This document shows, piece by piece, positions 1 through 12,400 of a stretch of DNA of 64,000 bases; position 1 is the stretch's first letter; the number at the start of each line of letters is the position of its first letter. The translations under genes and the position numbers were made by a program. Below the pieces are notes generated by a model. The model was not told where the DNA came from. It did no database searches and was given only the letters and a program-made list of their open reading frames with translations. Source of the stretch: Azolla caroliniana (Eukaryota; Plantae; Polypodiophyta); NCBI GenBank assembly GCA_043228905.1, contig JBHGNT010000014.1:3162001-3226000 (forward strand), read 5' to 3'.

Positions 1-835
1 CATTCAAGTGGATGTGTAATGAGTTTTACTTATAATTTTATTTTTATTTTTATAGATATATATAATTTTAATTTTATTGAGATATAATTATATATATAAT
101 TTTATTGAATGCATGGAGGGGCAAGAAGAAACTTTTCTTTTTAAGGTTAAGAATGGAAGGTAGGTATGGGAGACATGAATGGATTTGAGATGTGGATCTG
201 GGTTGTATGCAAATGGAGGGGAAACTTAGATGTAAGTGGGGACTCAGATTTATGTGGTAACATGAATGGAGGGGGAACTCGAAGGGGTGGGGGGGGGACT
301 TGAATGGAGGGGGTGCGGATGTGAAAATGACGCCAAGCCAAAGAAAATTCGAAATTTATGGGTGGTTAGGAATGTCAACTAGTGCTAATCATGTCACAAC
401 AAACCTAACAAAGATCTAAAAAATATATTTAACACAAAACATATTAATCTAGACTATTAATAAGCTAACATTCGAGCGATTAGGGGTGAAAAAGGATGAA
501 AATAGATTAAGTTAGCTTAGTTTAACTTAACTAACGAAACAAAATAAGAAATGTTTCACCTTATTAGTATCTTCCTACGCTAAGTAGACTTGCCAAAAAA
601 TTCATCATTAGTTGTGTCAGTCTTATACTCAGTGATGACGCCAAATAGACGTGTCGTTTTCGTGTGCCTAATGGGAGTGTGTTTATGGATCCACGGAGTT
701 TTGCCTCTTGTTGATATTGTTAGCCTAGGATTCAGACCGGCATATACCCTTTTGATGGTGAATCGACTGAAGGTGGTTGTCAAGCACCTAGGAGCTACGA
801 GTTTACTTAGTTATGAATATTAGCACTAAAGCTCA

Positions 836-936
<101 letters not shown>

Positions 937-1274
937 GCACATAAACATGAATGTAGAAACAACGAAGATAGAAATAAGCACACCACTTCTTATTGCAAAA
1001 AGCTCTAGCACCTTAAAAAAGGAGGAGATTAGGGTTTGGCTTACTTAGCTCTTAACCGTAATGAAGGCTTAGGGAGATAAAAAGAGCCCTAGTGCACTAA
1101 TGAAAAGGAGAAAGAAGTGCTACAAAAGACACCAAAAGGTGGCTTTTATAGATTTTTACAAGGTAAGCAAGTTCCTTTCACACTAGGTTGCCCATTGCTT
1201 ACATTACTTCCTATTTGGTTTGTTCTAGCCCACTTTTCCTATGGTTGGTTGACTTCAACGTCCATGGTTGGTGT

Positions 1275-1679
1275 TAACAATCGACAACGGTTCGGTTCGA
1301 GAGTGTCAAAACCAAACTGTTTAATATATTTGAAACTTGAACCGAACCACGAAACCATTTAAACCAAACTGTTACAAAAAATCCAATCTGTTAAACCGTT
1401 AAAACTGTGGTTTCATGGTTTGGTTTTGGTTTTTAGGTTCTAAGGCAATTTCAATTTTTAAAATTTCAAAATTTTAAAGAATTTTCCTAAAACGTGAGAA
1501 TTAGGCTTAAAAATGAAAGGCTTGTTTCAAAACATATTAAAACAATTTTCAACTAGCAACCCTAAACCATCAAATTGCTTAAACCAAACCGTTCGCCCCC
1601 TAAACCGAACCGAACCAAAATCGAACTATTAAAAAACTTGAACTTAACCTGAATTGAACGGAACCGTTGCTGATTGTTA
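1275..1679. mobile_element. hAT-type non-autonomous element (MITE)
   Basis: TIRs TAACAATCGACAACGGTTC / GAACCGTTGCTGATTGTTA; degenerate 8-bp TSD GTTGGTGT/GTTGATGC; many subterminal AACCG/CGGTT motifs. Confidence 0.7.
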
Positions 1680-1844
1680 GTTGATGCCTTGATCTCCTCT
1701 ACCGATGTTGTCCATTATACGACATCATAGGCTTGAACATACAATTTTACATACTAATAAAACCCTACAATAGAAAACATGGTTATTGGCCAACCAGTAC
1801 CATTACATGGTGCATTCCAACTAGACCATCATCACAAGGACCAT

Positions 1845-2365
1845 CAATCGATACAAGTTTCCAAATGCATACATGTTATCTCTGGAAAAATGTTCTTCCT
1901 TGCTAGAACCTCGAGTCCTTTTTGACTCATGTGCCCAAGTCTCTTGTGCCATAGCTCAATAGAGACATCTTTGTCTGCTACATTTACCTCTCCACTGGAC
2001 ACCATAGCATGCATCATATATAGAGAGTTTCGTTTTTGACATCTTGTTATGACTTGAGAGCCTTTGGTGAGCTTCCATTTGAATAGCCCTCATCATCAAG
2101 CTTACCGACAGAAATTATATTTAGCCGAATGTCTGGAACATGTCTAACATCCTTCAATACAAGTTTAGAACCTGTGTTCGTGACCAAAATGACATTTCCT
2201 ATGCCAACAACCTCTGCCACACCATGGTTGGCCATTTTGAGTCTACGAAACTCACCACCAGCATATGATGTAAACATCTTTCGGTACGGGGTAGTATGAT
2301 ACAAGATTCCCAAGTCAATTATCCAATCAGTTTGTTGGCATGCTAAACTAACACAAGCACTATAC
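1845..2365 (-). mobile_element. Ty1/Copia pol fragment (protease + GAG-pre-integrase)
   Basis: WIIDLGILYHTTP (degenerate DSG protease), LVLKDVRHVPDIRLNIISVGKLDDEGY, and LWHKRLGHMSQKGL read on the minus strand. Confidence 0.85.
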
Positions 2366-2369
2366 GAGC

Positions 2370-2861
2370 CCGTCGACAGAGCAGATATACCCAGGGGGGT
2401 ATTGGAGTCGGAATGGAAACTTCTTAACAGAAAGGCGGTGGCCACCATCCGATATTGTGTTGATGTAAGTGTCCTTGAGTATGTCGCGAATGACACAAAT
2501 GCCCACCAGATGTGGTAGAAGCTGTCGGGTCTGTATGAGAGGAAGAATGCCCTCAATAAAACCTCATTGATGAGAAAGATCATGTGGCTAAAATACAGAG
2601 ATGGTGAGAGCATCGTCGAACATATCAACACTTTCATGGCATATGTGAATCAACTTGTTGCAACCAAGTTTCCCCTTGATGATGCGATGCAGGCCATTCT
2701 TCTGATGTGCACACTGCTGGATAACTAGGAGAACCTGGTGGTTACTCTTAGCACCTCCTATCAAGAAGAGAACTTGTCTTTACAAATGGTGAAGACAAGC
2801 ATCCTGAATGAGGAAGCAAGGAGGAAGGACAAGGGTGTCCTACCCAGTCGGAGTCGAACGT
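2370..2861 (+). mobile_element. Ty1/Copia gag fragment (UBN2-type), interrupted at 2862
   Basis: EWKLLNRKAVATIRYCV...LKYRDGESIVEHINTF...LVVTLS...ILNEEARR, with in-frame stops. Confidence 0.8.
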
Positions 2862-4855
2862 TGTTGAGAGACAAGCTCAACAGTCGGTGCGTAATTTGGT
2901 GCGTAACCCAGTGCGAAAAACTGGGTGTGTAAAACCGTGTGCACAATAGGCTATAGCGGTGCGTAAACCGCGAGGCCGTTAGAAAGATATTCCTCGAAAG
3001 GAATAATTTTGGGAGTGAGTGTAGCGGCTCATTTATGAGCGTCAAGTACTGTTAGTACTTGTGTCAACCCGATTGTCAGGGCTTGTATATAAGGTGCTCA
3101 CTGAGCACGAAGTTTGTACAAATTGAGTATTATTTTGAATTTAGTTTTCAGTGTCTGCTCTGTCTCTGTCTCTCCCTCTCCCTCTCCATCTCTATGTCTT
3201 CTGTGTTCTACCGAACTGTCTTATTCCTCCGAACTGTGTATTCTGTGTTGTGCATACGCTTCCGCACAACGTTTTCTTTTACATGGTATCAGAGCGTGAG
3301 GGTTGAAGTCCTCCGCAGCCGACAAGAAAAGCTTGCGACAAAACAGAGTTGAAGTCATTCTTCATTTTTTTTTCGGAAAAGGAAAAGACATTAGATATGG
3401 ACAGAGGTATGGGAAGCTCGCTACTGACTAAGAAGCTCGACAGGAGCAACTACGCATCTTGGTTGTACAAGATGCACCAGTACCTGCTCGGTCATGGCTA
3501 CTGGAGTTATGTCGAAGGAGCTAATGATGAAGCACCTGACTCGACACATAGAGATATTTCGTCTTGGGAACAAGCGACAAGTAGAGTTCTCTACTACTTT
3601 GCATCCTGTGTGAGCGACCAACTATTGAGCTATATTCGGGATGCTAAGACGCCAAAGGCTGCGTAGGTGAATCTCAAAAAGCTCTTCGCCGCAAGCACTA
3701 CCACTAGAAAGCTTCAACTCAGGCAAGTGTTGAGCAATGTATGACAACGAGATATGTCGGTGGCTAACTACACCACCAAGATCAAAGAAATCTACGACTC
3801 ACTCACCTCTGTTAACGTGAACGTTGAGGAGGACGAGATGGTGCAGGTTTGTCTTGGCGGGTTAGCGTCTAATTTTGGAGCTTTCCGAACGGCGGTCTGC
3901 ACGAGGGAGAATACACCTTCGTTTTTCGAGCTTCAGTCAATGTTGCTCATAGAAGAAAACCACGCGGGTGCGTTGACGAGTGCGCACGCCGATGGCAAGA
4001 TGCTCTACACGGAGGATGATAGGCCCCATGGTCGTGGTGAACGAGGAGGATCGACACGCAATGGAGGCGGCCGAAAAGAGAAGAATGGACGGCATAATTG
4101 AAATGCCGGAAGCAATTCCGAACACCCGGGAAGCCGACAAGAGAAGGCCGTGTCGGAATGCTGGTACTGTGGCAAGAAAGGCCACAAGGAGAGTGAGTGC
4201 CGGAAGAAACAAGTTGATTCAGACAAAGCTGGATTGAGCGGAATAGGCACAGGAAGGCGTCAGAAGTCGCACTACGCGGAAGGCTCGGAATGAGCCGGAA
4301 ATGGAGCGGGCCCTGCCTTCGTAATGAAGCATAAGGCTCACTCAATGGCCGTGAACACCTCGAAATCACGCGAGGTGTGCTATGTCGACTCCGGAGTGTC
4401 AAATCATATGACGAGTCACGAGGAATGGTTCTCGTACTTGGAGAAGCCGGAATCACGAGGGGTTGTCGAAACGGGAGATGACACCCTGCATACCATCAAA
4501 CATGTCGGTGAAGTTCCCCTCAGCCACGTCAGGCAGAAAGGGAAGCTTATGAATGTGTTGCACGTCCCGACAATAACGAAGAACTTGGTGTCGGTCGGTC
4601 AAATTGTCGACCAAGGTATGCAAGTTTGATTCACACACCTCAACTGCTTCATAGAAGAGGAAGGGAAAGTGATCGCGCAAGGGCACCATGAAGGGAGGAT
4701 GTTTATCCTCGACACTAATCAAGCCGGAACCGCGTTGTACGTGAAAGGAAAAAAGGTCGAATTGGATATCGACCTGTGGCACAAGTGGTTCGACCACTTA
4801 AATTTCCCACGGCTTCGTGAGATGCAGACGAAGAACATTGTTTTGGGCTTGCCGA
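2862..4855 (+). mobile_element. Copia element 5' part: LTR 2862-3283, PBS, gag, protease, GAG-pre-integrase; 3' truncated
   Basis: TG...CA LTR; Met-i PBS TGGTATCAGAGC at 3284-3295; KLDRSNYASWLYKM gag; CWYCGKKGHKESEC knuckle; VDSGVSNHMT protease; stops and frameshifts. Confidence 0.9.
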
Positions 4856-6085
4856 CAAACTGCAAGATGAATGTTAAGTAGTGCCCGAGAGGGGAGAAGG
4901 GAAAGGCCGACATGAGGCAAGTACCATATGCCTCGGCCGTCGACAATCTTATGTATGCTATGGTCTGCACGAGACCATACATAGCCTTTGCTGTAGGGGC
5001 AATAAGCCGATATATGAGTAATCCAGGAAGAGAACACTGGGCAACGGTGAAGTGGATATTAAGGTACTTAAGAGCACCTCGGGGGTGTGCCTAAGGTATG
5101 GTGTCGGAAAACCCATGCTCGAAGGGTTTACCGATTCAGATATGTCAGGGGATGTGACTCAAGCTGATTCACGTCAGGGTACGTGATGACCTATGCGGGG
5201 GGAGCAATGTCGTTGTAGTCACGACTATAGAAGTCTATGGCCTTGTCGACCACTGAGGCAAAATACAGTCAGCAAAGAGCTGATTTAGATGAGAAAATTT
5301 CTCAGCGAGTTAGGGATGAAGCAAAGTGAGTTCTTGCTTCATTGTGACAGCCAGAGTGCAATACATCTAGCCAAGAATACTGCATACCATTCCCGGACCA
5401 ACGAATATACAGAGAAGGTATCAATGGTTGCGAGAGATAGCCAAAGAAGGAGAGTTTACTTTGGTGAAGATCCATACTGACGATAATGGATCCGACATGC
5501 TAACGAAGAACCTAACTATGGACAGACTTAGAGTCTGTCGATAGAAGACAGGACTACGTGACTTTCTCCCATAGGAGTGAAGGGGGAGTTTGTTGGGAAT
5601 ATGTCCCTCTTGTGGGAGGAGCCGACTGTTTGGAAGTAGCTAACATTCAAAGAGTTAACGAATAGGGAGTCGACTGATTAACTGTTTGACTATTATTATT
5701 ATAACTATAATAATAGTAGCGATGTGTAGTAGGGGCTACACTTGTAAATAGCCCATATGATGTATTAGTATAAATATGCCTAGGGCAAACGTTATAGTGT
5801 TGAAGAGAGTAGGGTACAGTGTGTAGGTTGAAGTTAAGCGTGTGAGTAAGAGGAGCACAATGAGAGAGAGTGTGTGTGTGTTGCACCATAGCTGTGTGTG
5901 TAACAGTAGACGCAAGAGTCCTATGTGGCTTATACACTTGATAGGAGAGTGTTTGTAATCTTCAACATTGTATATCCACTATATAGTGAAGTTCTGTTCT
6001 CCCGTGGTTTTCTCCCGTTATAGGGTTTTCCACGTTAAATCTGCATGCACTGTTATCTTGTGTATCTGTGTTGTGTATTTCAACA
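4856..6085 (+). mobile_element. Copia RT C-terminus/RNase H, PPT and 3' LTR (5591-6085)
   Basis: VPYASAVDNLMYAMVCTRP and CDSQSAIHLAKN motifs; PPT GAAGGGGGAG directly before TGTTGGGAAT...CAACA. The LTR start matches the solo LTR at 48690-49229. Confidence 0.85.
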
Positions 6086-6429
6086 TTTTCGTTCTTGTGA
6101 ATTTACGATCCGATTCTCATCATTTCTGACCCTTCAAAAGCATCCAAAACACACTATACTTTATTCCTAGGTAACTTTCCATTGAGCTCAAGCACAATAC
6201 ATAAAGACAAATTCCATTCCTCCATCTGAACCAAGTCATTCATCACAAACTCTAGGGTATCAAGCAAAATGATGAATCTCAATGAAATATCGCAAGCCAC
6301 ACATATAAATTGACAAAATGAGAGGTTTATTTGAAATCCAAATAAGAGTTATATGGATCATAACAATTTACCTCAAATCACTCGATAAACAAAGTTAGTG
6401 AATTGCTATTTCCAACTCTTTCCGAGCTT

Positions 6430-6980
6430 TTAAAAGCATCCAATGCACACTATGCATATTAAATAACATTTGACAACCGAGTTTTCACACAAAGTATCAA
6501 ATGCACACAATTATACATGTTAAAATAACAATTGACAACCAACTTTTCGCAAGGTATCAAACGCACACAACACGTTAAAATAGCACTCGACAACCGAGAG
6601 TCTTTTCGCACAAAGCATCAAACACACACTATACTTATTAAATAGCTCTCGGACAACCGAATCTTCACACCAAGCTTCGAATGCACTAAAAGCATCCAAC
6701 ACACACTATGTATATTAAATAACATTCGACAACCGAGTTTTCACACAAAGCATCAAATGCACACAATTATACATGTTAGAATAACAATTGACAACCAAGT
6801 TTTCGCAAGGTTATCAAACGCACACAACACATGTTAAAATAGCACTCGACAACTGAGAGTCTTCTCGCACACACACTATACTTATTAAATAGCTCTCGGA
6901 CAACCGAATCTTCACACCAAGCCTCGAATGCACACTATCTATTCATGTTTAATAGCATTTGACAACTGAATCTTGGCACA
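6430..6980. repeat. Higher-order tandem repeat (~55-60 bp GACAACCGA-core subunits, ~260 bp block twice) at the PP2 3' end
   Basis: The block AAAGCATCCAA..CACACTATG..TATTAAATAACATT.GACAACCGAG starts near 6433 and again near 6689; the core recurs about 9 times. Confidence 0.8.
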
Positions 6981-8015
6981 ATCGATGACCAACCCGCCTT
7001 TCCACAGGTTACTGTCCACCTCCCTGAGGTTGAACGACACGGTGAGAGGCGTTTCGGTGTCGACCGAGAACTCCCCGATGTCGAGGTCGAACCATCCGTT
7101 GCCGACGGGTCGTAGAGGTGTGACGGTTCCGCACCTGAGTTGGTCACCTTGGAGGAACCGCTCGGCTTCGGCATGTTGGCCGTCAGACGTATCCAAGGAT
7201 AGCTTAACGGGGTAGTTTTGGAAGCCGAACGGGTTGATTAGCATGATCCTGAATGAGGCGGTGTATACTCCCGGAGGGAACACGGTGTCCTTCGCCTCGG
7301 CCTTCATGTCCAACCAGCATACATCCTTCAGGCTCGCGCATTCATGGGACCTTAGGGGAAACATCATATGGACAAGAGAAAAACATGCACACCAAATCTC
7401 AGCAATATCTTGCTTTGAAAGATAGATCTACCAAAAGAGCCATGGAATTTACTTGATCATCATCTTTAACTTGAAAGATAAATATACTCAAAAGATTGCA
7501 CAATCTTTAACTAGTATCTTGCTTGAAAGATAGATTTCTACCAAAGAACCTGGTAACTCTGGTTGCCATGTGCCATGGCAACTGATCTATCTATCTATCT
7601 CTGCCAAAGATAAATTAATCTTGACTTACCAAAGAACCTCATCTCTCTCAATCGTATTACATAACTCAAAATTAATGCAGAAGTTTCGACAGAATTATGT
7701 TTTGGTTGAAAGATTTACCAAGATCCTGGTTGTGGCATCCATTCCCAGTAACGAGCATCATCTGCCCATGTAATATTTAGTCTTCTCGATGGTATAACAT
7801 AGCATTCTGCATCTAACCAGAAGTTCTGCACATATAACAAATAAGGTCAGAATATTTGAAGCTCGAATCAATGCCAAACCATATATGAAAGCCAGACAAG
7901 AAGCTCTCTCTCTCTCTCTCTCTCTTTCTGTGTCTGTGTGTGTGTCCCATACCAAGGTACCATCACCATCTACAGTAGCAGGATCAGGAGCATTCTCTGT
8001 GTGTTCGGAGGCCAT
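6939..8015 (-). CDS. PP2 (phloem protein 2/Nictaba-type) lectin-domain protein, 3 exons, 193 aa, no F-box
   Basis: Exons 8015-7953, 7825-7719 and 7350-6939 with phase-consistent GT-AG introns. PP2 motifs: NFWLD..CYVIPSRRLNITWADDARYWEW, LKDVCWLD, GWFDLDIGEF, WKGGLVID. No stops or frameshifts. Confidence 0.88.
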
Positions 8016-8233
8016 GGAGGAAGCTGTGTGGATTGACGAATTAGTTATGTTAGTTAGTTTAGCTGGGCGATGGAAAATACACAGGATGAAGTTGACTTAA
8101 ATACTGGTTGGAGGGGGATAGATTCGTAATTTCCTGAAACTTTCCTGAAGAACGAAGAGACCAAGTCTTCTTCTTCTTCTTCATGAGAATTTCTTCTCTT
8201 ACCGGAACTATGAGGATTAACCGAGGGAGAAAA

Positions 8234-8276
<43 letters not shown>

Positions 8277-8736
8277 CCTCTCGAACCAAACTGAACCGAA
8301 TCGTTGCCGACACACACACATACACTAAACATTGTGCCACCTTTTTAGCAAGTGCATGTTGTGTTATCACGATACACCTAATTGACCTTAACTTTGTGCC
8401 ACATCTTTAGCAAGTGCATCAACCGTTGTTGGTAGCCAAACCAACCTAAATGGGTATCTCTATACGAAATGGGTATCTTTGTATAAGCTATAAATTAAGC
8501 ATGAAGGAAAAAACAAGATAGACTAGTCCAATCCTCTCTATGCGCATTGGACAATATGTAAATTTAGGTAGTCAATCCCTTTCTAAGTTCTAATTGCCGA
8601 CTTAAATAAATACTTTGGTGTAGAGTAGAAGCACTCCACTTTACTTGAAAACCATGGATATTAAATATATCTTTGTCCTATATAGCATGAAACTCCAATC
8701 GTTGTAGCCTTCTTTCTATACTTTGACCCATACTCG

Positions 8737-9016
8737 CATATATATAATTGTGGACAATGTAGGATAGTGAACTTTAGGATAATGTAATTGGAATAACAAA
8801 CTTATTAAGGTATCTAATACTTGTATTTAAAGTTGATCTAATCTATTCCTCAGTTTGTTCGCATGGGATCAAACCATATGTATATAATTGTGGACAATGT
8901 AAAACAGTGAACTTTAGGATAATGTGATGGAAATAACAAACCTATTAAGGCTTTCAATACTTGTATTTAAAATTGATCTAATCTATTCCTTAGGTGATTC
9001 ACACGGGATCAAACTC
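8737..9016. repeat. ~138-bp direct tandem duplication
   Basis: TATATAATTGTGGACAATGTA...GATCTAATCTATTCCT...GGGATCAAAC occurs twice back to back. Confidence 0.85.
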
Positions 9017-9493
9017 CAAACGATAACGCTAGTGGAACTACAAGCGTATAAAAACATGTGGATAACACTAGTGGAACCATTATCAACACACTACACAATC
9101 TAAGCAGCAATGGAAGAGAAACATAATAGTTTTAATAATAGAAGACAAAGATCCATAATATATGGACTGATATATATTAGACACGAAATGACAATCTCAA
9201 CAATTGATCGCAAATAACAACATGGACAACCATGGTAACAATTCTACGAGCATGTTATGTTAAGGTAAAGTTTGACCAAAATCAGCCTCAATTTAAACTA
9301 ATTCATGTTTCTCCATATTGGTAGTCAGCAATGCATGCGGTGAAACCAATGTCATAAGTCAACAAACCAAGTATATAGAAATAAAATTGAAACATATAGA
9401 AGATTATAAAGAATGGAATACACCAAGTAAAACCCAAAATTTGTATTAGTAGTGTGAATTCCAAACAATACATTTCGTGAACAAAAGAGTCTA

Positions 9494-12400
9494 TTACATA
9501 GCAATCAAATCGTCAATGTCATTTTCTTCTTCATCTCTTATAGAAGTCTCTTCGGCTATACGTGCATTGTCTTCCCCTGTTAGCCGAGCCAACGAAATAT
9601 CTTCTATAAGCTCGTCATCAAGCTCTATTAGCTCCCCTGGTTCCCCGGCTACTGGAGGAATAGGCTCTCGCAAAGCAGGTTGAAACCTTTCGGTATCAAC
9701 GAGGTTCTTTGCACCGACCTCCTTGTCCTAGTCTGGGCACTCCCACAAAGCCTTAATCCTCATGTTTATAAATATAACTTGCTCCTTGTCTTTCTCCAAT
9801 GCAACTGTTTTTTTGAAGAGCTTCAATGCACATGCAGACGTTGTCCCTGTGAAGAAATCAACAAGAAGAATTAGTTTTCAAACAAAAAAGAATCAGTATT
9901 GGTTATCTCAAGATCGTTAACCTAGTTTGAGGAATACTTGTGCCAGAAAAGAGGTCTAATATCCAATCTCCTTCTACAGAAAACATCTCGATCAAGCGCA
10001 TCATAAGTCGTTGAGGTTTTTGGTATGGGTTGACAAGTCCCTTTTCTGTCGTGGTGACATGTCGCAATTTCCGTGTCACTGCACGATATACCAGCAGATT
10101 TGAACCTCCGACTTCATTAGAATGCTCCTTGATTCTTTGTTTCTTTATTTCATTGAAGTAGCCAACTGTAATGTATTCAATAGCATTTACGAACCGAAAG
10201 GTTGGCCCTCTATTGACATTGGTTTTTATCCTATAACAAATATTGCATCGAGTTAAGAATAGATTGAACAATCTTAAGAAAGGCAATATAGTGAATGAGA
10301 CTTATAAATAATCCTTACCATGCAAGGTTCTCGATGCCATGGCAACGAGATCTCAAAGCTTGAGCTACCGAGTACCCTTGGTCCATACTATGAAAACCAA
10401 CTATCCTCCACAAGGATGCAGTCGTTAGCTCAGCAAAATCCTTGACCATCTTCTCTAACTGTTTGAACCTAAAAGGTTAATCGTCGTATGATGACCCTGC
10501 CATTTGAAATCTGTATGGAATATCAACAATCATTAGCGTACATTCCTTCTTTGGCACTTTTTGGATCATGTCAACGATATCGCTGCAAATCAGGTTGTAG
10601 TAAAGATCTCTCGTAATGTCCTTTTTGTGGCTAATTTTTTTGAAGGAGCCATCTTCCTCAATTTCGTACGCCTTGACTAAGTGACGATCCTTTTCTTTTC
10701 TAGCTCTCTTGAGATGTGCAAGGAAGGATGTCCGTAAATCGTGTATATCCTTAACTTCTCCTTGTTTCTTGCCATGACACGGTTTCTAATAGAAGCAATA
10801 AGACATCAAGTATTATTACACAACCTCTACATATGAGGAAAACTTAATGAAAAACACCAATACAAACCCAATCCTTGAATGCAATAAAATACTCAGATAA
10901 CGCCTTATATGAAGATGTTAGAGGATAATCCTCGGTCACTTGTTCCCAAGTTATACATCCAAGTTGTTTCATCATAACTTCTTGGATCTTCATGTACACC
11001 TTATGACTGTAAAATTAGAAAACGAGATTAGAACTTTCAATTGCACCATATTAAATTCAATATCACTACATATTTGAAAGCCTTACTTATTGAACTCAGT
11101 GACCATTTCTTCAAGGCTTAAATCTTTCGCCACAAACCTTGACAAAACAAACAGAAGAAGTTGCTCTTCCTTAATACCTTGCATCGCTCTCCACAGAGAC
11201 AACTTCATGTTGTCAGCCGCTTCTTCAATTGTCGAATCAATTTTCTTGGCCGCTTGTGACTTTAATTCTAGTTGAGGGTCTACCTTACATTTCTTTTGTC
11301 GTTGACCCTTGACCTCCTTATTCTCCCACATTGAGAAGATTTGATCTTGTAGGTCCCATACTTCTCCATCTCTAAAGGCAAGTTGAAACCATGACTCATA
11401 TTTCCGAAGACCATCCGACTTAACATTATCATCCACCACAATGCCGACCTCATGAAGGCATTGACGTTGTAGGCCGGGGTGTAGCTTCACACCAAACTTT
11501 TGTTTGACGTCCAGGTATTCATGGTGGAAGAACCTTATCCGTTCAATAGATGACATTTTTTGCTTATAGTCGTTGTCGTTGTTGTGGTCCTAGGCCAAAA
11601 GCTTTGCCTCTTCATTTGTGAGGCCCACATATATTTTGCACTCGGCATACTTGAAGCAGAAAATCGTTGGGTGCTCTCTAAGAAGTTGCCGTCGTGCTTC
11701 AACCGAATGTGATCCACCAATTACAAAGTAATTGTATTGAACATGCTTTCTCACGTCGAAGTCCTCAGTTGTGGAACATTCTTCAGGATCTACCATCACA
11801 ATGAAAGGCACAACTATAGCATGCAGATTTATTTTCATTTTTTTCTTGAGATTCTGAACATGCATTCGGTTGGCTCTCTGATCTCAAGTGGCCTTCGTCC
11901 TGTTTTTACATCTACTAGGGGCCGATGGATGTGTGTTAGAGGCAAATTAAACACTTGCCCTTTTCTCACAAGTTTACGCTGCATTAACTCTCTTCGTATC
12001 TTATTCTGCTCGGATGACAACACAGTAGATGCCAGCTCAGCACCTGGCGTCCCCCTAGTGTCCTCATCTTCGGTTGAGCTTGATGCGTTGGAGTCCGACA
12101 TTTTAGTGGACTTCTTTGTTGCTGGTCTTGATTGCACTTTAGATGCCCTTTTGGGGGCCTTCACTAGGGAGGGAAAGGGCTCCCTTAGAGTTACATGGTC
12201 TTGTATATAAGGCCTCAAGGTGACAATAAGGTTTTGTGAGCTTTGTAGATCTTCTTTAAAAGATTCTGGCCCACAAGATTCCTTTATTAGTCGATCTTCA
12301 GAAAGGTAAACTTTACGTACCCCCTTCGAGCACTCTATCATTACAAGAATGTTGGTTGAATCTAAATCTTCGTAGTCAAATCGGAGAATACGGCCATACA

